Source: a virus
Lineage: Duplodnaviria > Caudoviricetes
Reading direction: 5' to 3' (one strand)
DNA: 64,000 bases
IMG/VR virus record: IMGVR_UViG_3300028591_000190
Span: 7,853 to 71,852 of that record
This document shows, piece by piece, positions 27,401 through 38,783 of the stretch. The notes under the pieces were generated by a model that saw only the letters and a list, made by a program, of their open reading frames with translations, was not told where the DNA came from and searched no databases. Positions within the stretch are counted from its first letter, which is position 1. Each line of letters begins with the position of its first letter. Made by a program: the position numbers and the translations under genes.

Positions 27401-30400
27401 TGAAGATGATTCTTTAGTAAGAGATCCAGCAGATAATAGTAAATTCTTGTCGATTGCTAGAATCGCTGAATGTTGGGAATTTGAACATAACGGCGGTGGT
27501 CGTTGCTCTGCTAAGAAAACAGATTGGGATGAAATTGATTCTGATCCTCAAAAGAATGGTGCCCTTTCACTTATGTCAGACTTTGATTATAGATATAATT
27601 ATTATGCTGATGATATTGATGATATGGTGGATGGAGCTGGCGATTGGGAGAATGCTACTCAAGCAGAAAAAAATGCTTATTGGCTTGAAAGAACAAAAAA
27701 TCTGAGAGATGTTTTAGATTGGCTTACTTCAACGGATACTTCAGTTCAAGGTTTGACTGATGAACAAAAAGCTGCTAGATTGACTAAGTTCCGTAATGAA
27801 TTTTCAAGTCATTTCAATAAAGAATATTGTACCATTTATTTCATTGCAACAGAGTTACTTCATATGTATGATAGCCGTGGTAAGAATATGATGTGGGCTA
27901 CTTGGGGTCCTCAGGTCGAAGGCGGCGATTATATTTGGTTCCCTATCTTCTATGATATGGATACAATGTTTGGTATCAACAACTCAGGTATTCCTACTTG
28001 GGATTATAACGCAGAGCCTACTGATTTAGGTCAATTCTCAACAAACAATCATACATTATGGGAAAACTTCTATGCTTGTTATGAAAGTGATATTCAATCA
28101 GCATATAGAACTCTTGTAGGTTCTAAAATTAGTTATGAATAGTTGGCAGGTTATTTTAACTTTGACCCAATGGTAACTAAATCTTTAGCGATGGAAGGTC
28201 AAAGACCTATCGTTACTATTAATGTAGATGAATATTATAAATATATAGCCCCTGCTTTCTCTGGTTATATTGATCAAGAAGGTAATACTTCTTATACTCA
28301 AACATTCTTCTATTGCTTACAAGGAACTCGTGAATTACAACGTAAATTATATTTCCGTAATAGATTGAATTATCTGAATAGTAAATGGTTTGCGGGAACA
28401 TATACAACTGGTGGAGTTAAGTCTCAATATCATGCACGTTTCAATGCGAATAATGCAGCTGAAACATCTGATAAATATATTTACAATCCTACTCAACCAG
28501 CAGGAACAGAAATTGAGTTAAAAGGTAGAACCTTTATTACATCTGATACATATCCGGCAAATGAATTAGATGCTGATTTGACGCTTAATATTAGAACATT
28601 CTTGAAACAATATGTATCAGGACAGTTTGATGATACTAAGACTGAAAGAAAATATTCTGATGGTCTAAATGCTCAATCTGTTATTCCTCCTTCTGATCGT
28701 ATAAATTCTATTCAAACTGAGCCTATGAAGGATGAATCTTTATATTATATTGGTGGTGGAGAATATATTGCCGATTTAGGTGATGTATCTAAACATTATC
28801 CAAATCTATTTATGATTAGTCCTTTAGTTAGATTAGAGGAAATTAACCTTGGTAGTGATGTTGATGGATATTTTAATGATAGAATGACATTTAGTAACCT
28901 TACATTAGATGATTCGGCAGATTCAGAAAATCCAAAAAGTTTATTAAAGAAAGTCAATATGACTGGTTTAAGAAGATTCTCAGGCCCCGTTGATTTAGGT
29001 GGTTCTGAAAAACTTGAAGAATTCAGAGCACTGAATACTGGTGTTACTTCTGGAACATTTGCTCCAGGCGTTCAGTTACATACACTCCATTTACCTGTAA
29101 CTACTAATAGATTGGAATTAGTTGAAGCTACCTCTTTAACGACTTTATTATCTGCTCCAAAAGTGAATGGTGAAGTTCAAAGAGGTTTATATATTGAAGG
29201 TTTAACAAATCAAGTTGGAAATGTTACAGCTGATGCTACTAGAATGAATACTTATTCATTAGTTGGTGGAGCACTTGGATATAACTCTTATAAATTATTG
29301 AAAGTTCTAACAATAATTAAACAAAGAATGCAGAATGCTGAAACATTAGCCGCAGGTTTTGACAAAGTTTTAAGAATTAATTTATAGAATGTAAATTGGT
29401 CTCCATATCGTCAAGTAAGCAATGGTGAAATTTATATTTCTACTAATCAGTATCATAAAGATAATGGAAGATATAGATTAATACCATATACATATGACGC
29501 TGAAACTTGGGATGAAGATGTTTTAAATGGAAGAATTTATCAATATACGCCTAGTGCTTATGAACCAGCAGTTGTTACTGACTTAAGTATTTTAGATACT
29601 TATATTCAAAGTTATCTCGATGCAGTTGAATATTTCAATGAAGAACACTTATTGACTTTGAATTATTTCAGAAACACTTCTTCAACAGCTTCAATACCTA
29701 CTTTGCCAACAATTACTGGTTTGGTATATGTTAATAATTCAACCGCTATTAGTGAAGCTGATTTATTCAATAAATATGAGAAATATTTCCCAGATTTAAA
29801 GATTTTCTGCCTCAATGTTCAAGAAGGATATGTTACTAATTATATCAATATTGACGAAAGCGGCAAGCAAAATATTTACTTGAAACAATGCGTATCAACT
29901 TCTGATACTTCTACTCTTGGACCTATTTATCCAGAAATTGATCCTACAAAGATTAATTATGATTTCCAAGGATGGGCAGTTGCTCCAAATGGAACGGTGA
30001 AGAGCCAAGCTGAAATTGAAGCATTGAGATATTCTTCTCAATCTACTTATAATTTCTATTCAACTTGGGATGTTCAAAGATTTACTATTACATTCAAAGA
30101 TCCTGATACAGAAGCTGTAATTACTTCTTATGAAATTCCTTATGGTGAAATGTTATATGATCCTATGGTTCTTCCAATAAGTGCAAGAGAAAGTTCATTA
30201 GTAGATGATTAGAGATATAAATGTATTGGTTGGGTTATAAATAAGGATAATAGTTATCCATTATCTATGAATTCAGCTAGAGTTAATTTATTGAATCTTT
30301 CAGCTATTATGTCTCAGAACAATGATAGAACATATTACGCTTGTTTCTTAGCAGAAGATTGTAGAACAAATCCAACAGATTCAAGATTCTTTACTTTTTC

Positions 30401-31094
30401 TAGAAAAACAGGAACTAATGAATGTGTATGTCAACCAGCAGATGGTGCTATATTAAAAGGAAAAATTACTATTCCTACAATATATAATGGAATGATAGTT
30501 ACTGAATTATCAGATTTTGGAACGGGTTATACAAATACTAAAACACCTCAAGAAATTACTCATATTTATTGGTATAATGTAAATGGAATAGAGCCTCAAT
30601 TAAAAAGTATTGCATCATCAGCATTTAGATCTTGTACAAATTTAATCTATATTGATATTCCAAATACAATTGAAATAATTCAAGATTCTGCTTTTAGAAA
30701 TTGCATTTCTTTAAAAATGATAGATTTTTCTAACTTTAAAAAATTAGAAACTATTAGCGATTATGCCTTTAATGGTGCTTTTGGAAATATGGAAGATATA
30801 AATCTTCATTTTTCTGGTAAAACAAAGAATTTTGGACAATATAGTTTTGCTTATTTAAATTCAAAAAAGTTAGGTAGACTTCAATTTGGAGATATTGATG
30901 ATCCTGTAACATTTACAAATAATATAACTATAGCGTTACAATCATTTTTACAAGCACCGGGAGATAATTTTCAATATGTTACTTTTTATTATAATTCTAC
31001 TACAACAAATAAAGAAACTGCTTTAGTTCCTTTATTTAATGAATTATATATGAGTATTGCTGGTGCTCAAGATGATTATATAGATGTTGCTTAA
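24486..31094 (+). CDS. Giant multidomain virion protein (~2202 aa): Ig-like, LamG-like, CotH-kinase-like domain, LRR-like region, InlB B-repeat-like segment, C-terminal BspA-type LRR
   Basis: Track ORFs 24393, 28143, 29652 and 30267 share one frame, joined by three TAGs; start set at ATG 24486 from SD GAAAGGAG. CotH-like motifs: VQGTSSQGYPRRNFKWK, FKADYMESSSSHN, YLGRYNFNLDK, MYDSRGKN, WFPIFYDMDTMFG. LRR_5-like: SIASSAFRSCTNLIYIDIPNTIEIIQDSAFRNC. Confidence 0.75.
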
Positions 31095-31114
31095 TTTGAA
31101 TGGGAGGACGTAAT

Positions 31115-31318
31115 ATGAAAAAAACCGTGTATTATGTTTATTTAGGAACGAACGGGACTATTATGAGTCCCGTTCATTTAGAAGATATATATTATACTCG
31201 TAGACTTTAGATTCATGCTGATGAGGGAAAACTTCTTACTTCTGATGGAAAAATTTTTCAAGCAGAAGCTTTTATAAATGAAGAAGACCTTGATAAATGG
31301 GTTGAAGTTGATAAATGA
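31115..31318 (+). CDS. Small hypothetical protein (67 aa, one TAG); missing from ORF track
   Basis: SD GGGAGG, ATG 31115 (MKKTVYYVYLGTNGTIMSPVHL), ends TGA 31316-31318. Confidence 0.65.
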
Positions 31319-31422
31319 TTTAAGGACAAAACTCTTTACATTGCTATTGTTTTTTTTCATATAAAAATGAAAGGAAACAATAGCAATATTAAAAAAATTT
31401 ATAGAAAGGATTGGACAAATAC

Positions 31423-33465
31423 ATGATTACATCTATTAAAGATACTAATGCTGACCAATATAGTATTTTATTTTCTAAAGCAGTAAAAGATTTAATGAGT
31501 CATGATGATAATGGTAATCGTATTGATTCCCCAACTCCAGGAGCAGAAACACCTGCTATTCCTTATGAAACTATAAGTTTAAGTTCTTATGAACCAAGCA
31601 CTTATTATCGTTGGGATCCTGTAGAAAAAGAATTTGTATTGGCTACAGAAGAAGAGGCTTTTGATGATGAAACATATTATAAAATAAAAAATGATAATGA
31701 TTATATTGCTTCTTTAAATGAATATTTTTCATATATTAAGACTTTAGCTTTAATTAATAAAACTTATACTATGTTATCATTAGATGAACCTACTTTTGAT
31801 ATTGATTTAAATACTCGTGAAATTAAAGTCCCAGAACATTTTGAAAAAAATGGTATTTCAGTTCAAGGTGATGAAATTGCTGAAATTATTTATTTTAAAG
31901 TAAATAGATACTTTGATATGATTGATTTAGCAACGCAAGATATTTATATTCAGTGGAGAAGTGCTGCCGTTGATGAAGAAGGCGAATATATTGAAGGTGT
32001 TTCTACACCTTGGTGTGTTGATTATGAAAGTTAGCCAGGTTATATCATTTTTGGTTGGCCAATTTCTTCAAAAATTACTGCTGAATCAGGACAAATTGCT
32101 TTTGCAGTTCGTTTTTATACATATGATGCTGATGAATTAAAAACTCCTTTAACTTATTCTCTTTCAACTTTAACACAAATTGTTACTGTAAAGCCAGCTC
32201 TTAATTTTGATTTAGTTGGTAAAATTTTACGCGATGGGGCACAAGATGGTTTTATCAGTGATAATAATATTAATTTAATTCTTAATAGATTAGTTAATTC
32301 TGAAAATAGTGAAGGTGCGGAACCTGCAACTGAGCCTATATTTATTATGAATTTACAACAAGGTAATAATACAGTTTCTGAAGATGGAAAAACTTTTGCA
32401 TGGTTAGATTTAAATCCAGACGGTTTCAGAACTGTTCCAGTTAAACTTCAGGTAGAAGCAATTTCTACAGATGCTGGTAGAATTAGTTATAACGTAAGTA
32501 AATATAAATTAGATGGGACCTTTGATGAAGATTATCAAGGAGCAGCTACTGTTTATATTAAATCAAAAGATACTGAACGTGTTCAAAATAAAAAATATTA
32601 TTCTTATGTAGATGGTCTTGGTTATCCTGAAATTGAAGATTTTTCTGAGATTGAATGGAATGCCGATCCGGATGAAAGAAATCTTTATGAACGTGTATTT
32701 GAAGTTACTATTGATACTATTGGTATGTATAGAGTTAGAGTTACTAATAGAATTGGACGTAGCCAATCTTCAGCTTTAAGTTATATGGTTATTGTTGAAA
32801 AGCCTAAAACTGTAACTGTTACAAATCCAGTAATTAGTGGATATGTTAATGATACATTACTTTCTATTGAAGCAAATTCTGATGATTCAGATAAGAGTAA
32901 ATTTACTTATCAATGGAGTAAAAAATCATTAAATGGTGATGAATATGCTGAAGTAAGTGGAGCAACTGAAAATACATATTTACCAGAAGAAACTGGATTT
33001 TATAAAGTAAATGTTCGTAATAATTTACATGTTGATTATAATGGGGAATTAGATTATACTACAGTTGATAGTTTACCAGCAAGAATTACTGAACGTGCAA
33101 AAACTTGTACTGTTGTAGCGATGTCTAAAACTCAAATTCCTAGACAACAATTAGGAGAAGGCTTTAGAATTTCAGTAACACCAGATTCTTCTGAAATTAG
33201 AGATATTAATTTTGGAGATACTATTTTATATCAATGGTATGATTATGGTATTATGCCAGGAGCAGAATATGATAATGATGTTGCGGCCGCTAATAATGGT
33301 CTCTATGAAACAACAGAAGCTGATAGTATTGTTGAAGGAGCTACTGAAGCTACTTTTTTACCAAATAGTGAACAAACAGGAACTTTCTATTGTAAAGTTA
33401 CTAATAGATATAATAATGATGAAAAATCTATAAATTCTATGTTCTTTACAATTACTGATGAATAA
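31423..33465 (+). CDS. BppU-like baseplate upper protein with Ig-like domains (~680 aa, one TAG)
   Basis: EPTFDIDLNTREIKVP...GDEIAEIIYFKVNRYFDMIDL is a BppU-N-like motif; track ORFs 31411 and 32347 are joined at TAG 32032-32034; ends TAA. Start may be TTG 31411. Confidence 0.65.
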
Positions 33466-33486
33466 TAATAAAGGAGGGTTTGGCGA

Positions 33487-34215
33487 ATGTATACAGATAG
33501 TCAAGAATATTTAAACCTGCTATATAAAATACAAGATAATAATAAGCCAAGCCTTGCTGTTTTAGCACCTGGTTATGAACCTTTTTATGAAATTGACTTA
33601 AATACAAGGACTATAAATGCTCCGACTGTTCTTGGTATTAAGACAGACCATAAAGCAGAAACAGTATTTTTTAAAGTAGCAAGACATTATGATGGTATTG
33701 ATTTATCTAATTTAAATTGTATTATTCAATATATTAATGCGGCAGGAGAAGGACGAGTATATGTTGTTCCTTATTATGATCTTGATACTTGCTCTAATGA
33801 AGATGAAATATTGTTTCCTTGGGTTATTGATGGTGAAGTAACTAAAGAAGCAGGTGAAGTATAGTATTCAGTTAGATTTTTCTTATTAGATAATTCTGGT
33901 TCTTATTTATTATATAATTTAAATACTCTTCCTACTATTGGAATTGTAGAAAATGGAATAGAATTTAATGATGAAATGTTTTATATTGAAGTAATTCCTA
34001 CTCCAACAGCAAGTGAATATGATGAAGGTGAATATTATACTTATAATGGCAATAATCATACTTATGAACGTAGTATAGGTAATTATGATAGAAGTATAAA
34101 ATATTATAAAAAAGTTTCACTCGAAGATAAAGAATGGGCTGCAAGTTTTATACAAAAAATAGAAAATTATATTATGGAAATGTCATAGAAAGATTTGACA
34201 TGGATAGTAGTTTAA
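33487..34215 (+). CDS. Second BppU-N-like protein (242 aa, two TAGs)
   Basis: EPFYEIDLNTRTINAP...DHKAETVFFKVARHYDGIDL parallels the preceding gene; fragments 33487 and 33976 share the frame; ends TAA 34213-34215. Confidence 0.65.
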
Positions 34216-34218
34216 TAT

Positions 34219-34257
34219 ATAGGGGAAGAATGATAAATCATTCTTCCCCTATTTTTT
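34219..34257 (+). terminator. Intrinsic terminator
   Basis: ATAGGGGAAGAATGA-TAAA-TCATTCTTCCCCTAT perfect stem plus T run. Confidence 0.9.
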
Positions 34258-34345
34258 ATTTAGGACAAAATAGATTAAAAATTATATCTTATTTTTAAAT
34301 ATATTATAGGTATAATTTTTAAGAAGAAAAGGAGGAATCTTTTTA

Positions 34346-37300
34346 ATGTCTAATAATAAACCATTAAAGGTATTTTTTAAAATTGGTCAAGAAGTAAATG
34401 CCAATGATGTATAGAAATTACCTTTGGAAGAAGGCCAAATTACTTTTTCTACTGAAAAAACAACGGGTGGAATAAATAAAGCTTATATTTATATAGATAA
34501 AAAAGATAATACTGGCGAAATACAAAGAATTAAAATTTCATCAGAATATGCTAATAGGGCAATAAATGATGAAGATGGTTCAAATATTCAATCAACTTAT
34601 GTTAAACATGGAACTATTTCTATTGATGATATAAATAAACATATTTTTAAATATAAAAATAATGTAAATAATGAATTAAAAATAGAATTGCCTTATGTTC
34701 TTTTAGATGGAGATACCATGACGGGCAGTTTATATACCTTAGGCTCAATGTCTGCCGCTGGTGGTTTTTTAGGAGATGTAAAAGGAAATATTAAAGGAGA
34801 TTAGGGTTCGTTTAGAAAAATTATTATTAAAGGTAAAACTGAAGCAAAAAATACTTATGATTCAAAAAATCCTCGTATTGATTTTTCATCAAATACTGAA
34901 GATCCTGAAATTATATCTTTAATTTTTACTGATAAAAATACTATTAATACAACTGAAGGAGCTTCTCCTCATAGTTTAACTTTAAGAGGAAATGATAGTT
35001 CAATAGAGCCATTATTTATTACTCCAAGACTTAAAGTTGGAACAAAATTAGATTCTCTTTATGCTTTTAATGCTGATTCGGCTTTAATTCATAATTGGAT
35101 TGAAACGATAGGAAATTATGGATGGAAAAGTAGCACTTTAGGTGGTGGTATTTATATGCCGGATATAAATACTGTTTCAATATATGGTAATAAAAATTTT
35201 AAAGTTCCTGTATCTACTGTTTCTACTATTCTTGAAGGTATTTTAAAAGTAGGATTAATCAGCGGTAGTAATTATGCAATGGTTGTTAGTAATTCAGAAA
35301 TTACTTTAGGTAATGCAACAAGTATTAGAAAAGATGGCTGTAATCTTACAACTATAAATGGTCATTTAGTTATTAATTCAGCAAAAAATACAGATACATC
35401 TTATAATGAAGGTATTAGAATAAATAAAAGTAATACATCAGAAACTTGGTCTGGAATTACTATTGGTGGAGCAGAAAATTCAACAGCAAGTACATCAATC
35501 GGAACATGGTTTGTTGGTTGTAAAAATGGAAATTTTTATGTAACACATAATAATCGTGATAACGCTTCATTATAGATTATTGGACAATTGATTAATCAAG
35601 AAGAAAAAGGTTTTATTGTGAAACCGAGAGTAGGAATAAATGTTGATAATATAAATACAAATTATTTTTTAGAAGTAAATGGAGTATCTTATTTAAAAGG
35701 AAGAACTTATTTTGAAAACGGTATTAGTTTACATAGTCCAACAGAGACAGGAATTCCTACTAATACTGGAATTTTCTTTAAGAATTTAGCAACTTTAGCA
35801 GCACCTACAGCTTCTTCTTTTGGATAGGGGCAGATTCAATTTTATGCGGATAAAGATACTACCGCAAATACTAAAAATCGGACTGGTAGAAATCAAAAGG
35901 AATCTGCTATTTTGTCTATTTCTGGAGAATCTGGTAAATTAACTCATCAATTAAGTTTTGATATTTCTAATAAAACTTCTATTGATGGTAATTTATATCA
36001 TAGAGTTGGAGATGCTACTGCTTGGGAAGACTGGGCGATTTTACTTGATAATACTAACGTAAGTTGGAGTAATTGGACAAATGGTACTACTTCAGGACCT
36101 ATTGCAAATATTAGTATAGGTGGAACTAATATTGCAAGTTCTGCTGTTCCGGCAGCTACAGAAACAATTTCAGGAGTTATAACTACTGGGGCACAAACTT
36201 TTAGTGGTAATAAAATTTTTAAAGGAACATTAACTGTTAATTCTTCTACTGTTGGATTAGGAAATAATATTACATTAGGTAAAGGTTCTGTTGATGATAC
36301 TGCGAGAAGTATTATTGTTCAAGGAAAGGCTGGTAATATAATTTTAACTTCTCCTGTGAGCGGAGTTAGAACTTTATCTTTTACTAATGTAAATAGTAGT
36401 ACTGTAAATGCTATTGAGGCTTCTAATTCTGGTATTACTTTTAATGGTAGTTTATCAGGAACTGCCGCTCGTGCTATAAGTGATGCTAGTGGAAATAATA
36501 TTGTAAATACTTATGCTACTAAAACTGAAATGAATGATTTATTAGCTATTGCTGATGCTATGATATTTAAAGGAACTATTGGTAATAGTGAAGATAATCC
36601 TACTATAACATCATTGCCAGCTATTCATAATGCAGGATGGACTTATAAAGTTATTACTGAAAATAGTTATATTGGTAAGCAATGTGAAGTTGGAGATTTA
36701 ATTATTTGTATTAAAGATGGTACAGTAGCAAGTAATAATGATTGGACAATAGTTCAAACGAATGTAGATAGAGCATTAGTTAGTCCTTTGGAAACTAAAA
36801 CTGGTGCTTTAGCAATGTATAGTAATAATACTGGAATAGTAGTTCAATCTTCTATAAAAAGAGGAAATACAACTTGTCCAATTTATATTGATGAAAATGG
36901 TGTGCCGCAATCAATTACTGCTTATCAAGGAAATGCTGCTTCAGCAACTGTTTTATATAATAAGAGAAAAATTAATGGAACTATATTCAATGGTTCTGAA
37001 GATATTGTAACTAATAAATGGGGCGTTTCAAGACCTGCTTTAATTTCAGATGGTACTAATTTTGGAGAAATTTCCAATATAGATGGTAGTGATAATATTA
37101 TTTTAAAGCTACCAACAACTATAAAAGCATCATTAGATGGAATTGCGACTAAAGCAACAAACGATGCAGAAGGAAATAATATTATTAATACTTATGCTAC
37201 TAAAAATGAATTAACTTCATTGGAAACTAATGTAAATAATTTATTAACTGATAATGATGTTATGATATATAAAGGCACTATTGGAGGAACATCTTCAGGA

Positions 37301-38758
37301 GCTAATGTAACTGCTTTACCAGATAATCATAAAGTAGGATGGACTTATAAAGTTATTACAGATGGAACTTATGCGGGAAAAAGATGTGAAGCAGGTAATT
37401 TAATTATATGTATTACTGATGGAACAACAACAAATAATAATCATTGGATAACAAATAATGTAGGCAATGGAGTTCTTAATTTTAGTTCTTCTGTTCAAGA
37501 TGGAGCATTAGTTATTTATGATGGTTCTACCGGTAAAAAAATTAAATAGGTTATAACAACTGGAAATTCTACTTGTCCAATTTATATTGATTCAAATGGA
37601 AAACCTCAAGCAATTACTTCATATTCAGGTAATGCGGCAAGTGCAACTATTTTATAGACTGGAAGATAGATAAATGGAACTATATTTAATGGTTCTGAAA
37701 ATATTACTACAAGTAAATGGGGAACTGCAAGAAATATTTCAATATCTGATAATAGTAGTACTAATACTGGAACAGCAGTAAGTGTTGATGGTAGCGGTAA
37801 TATTACTTTAAAATTGCCTGCTACAATATAGGCTTCTTTATCAGGAACAGCAACAAATGCAACTAATGCTACAAATGATGCTAGTGGAAATAATATTGCT
37901 AATACTTATGCTACTAAAACCGCTTTAAATACATTAAGTGGTACAGTAAATGGATTATTAGCAGCAGCTGATGCTATGATATTTAAAGGAACTATTGGTA
38001 CTGGTGGCACTATAACATCATTACCTTCTACTTCTGAAGCTGGTTGGACTTATAAAGTTATTACAAATGGTACGTATGCTGGTATTACTTGTGAAGTTGG
38101 AGATTTAATTATTTGTATTAAAGATGCGACAACATTTAATAATGCTAATTGGACTGTAGTTCAAACAAATACAGATGGAACTATAACAGGTCCAGTAAGT
38201 TCTACAAATGGAGCATTGACTTTATTTGATGGAACTTCAGGAAAAAATATTAAACAAGCAACGAATAAAGGAAGTACTACACTACCTATTTATATTGATA
38301 ATAGTGGAATTCCTCAAACAATTACATCATATGAAGGAGTTGCTGCTAAAACTAATAAAGCAAATATAACTTCAACAGTAAATGCTATTGCTTATTATAG
38401 TGATACGACAGGAACTTTCAGTTATATTAGCAGTAGTTCTGGAGCTTTTTATTCTACTGGAACTAATACAAAGCCTGTATTTGGAACTTTACCTATAGGA
38501 CAAGGAGGCACTGGTATAACAAGTTTTACAATAAATAAAATATATTATGCTTCTGGTTCAACTACTTTAACGGCAAGTTCTCATAGTATAGATAATAGTC
38601 ATTTAGCTATAAATAATAGTATTAATAATTCTTATAATTTCTATGTAAATGGACCTTCATATTTGAATGGTGAAGTTTGGGCTTCTACTTTATATCCTAC
38701 TGAATTAGTTTTACCAACTACAGCTTCTTCAAGACCAGGAGCAATTTGGATAGGATAA
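34346..38758 (+). CDS. Long tail fibre protein (~1470 aa, code 15) with three internal repeats
   Basis: ATG 34346 after SD AAAAGGAGG; fragments 34424, 35156, 35588, 35912 and 37976 share the frame; ends TAA. NWIETIGNYGWKSSTLGGGIYM fibre motif and repeated AMIFKGTIG...GWTYKVIT...CEVGDLIIC modules. Confidence 0.75.
36470..38340 (+). repeat. Three tandem ~230-aa repeat units in the tail fibre
   Basis: Units begin at DASGNNIVNTYATK (~36480), DAEGNNIINTYATK (~37160) and DASGNNIANTYATK (~37875); each has MI(F/Y)KGTIG and GWTYKVIT. Third unit is shorter. Confidence 0.85.
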
Positions 38759-38783
38759 AAAAGAGAAAAAGGAGATGAGTTAA

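Noticed and set aside
36470-38340. CRISPR array
   Set aside because: Repeats are long, degenerate and protein-coding; no short identical repeats with unique spacers.
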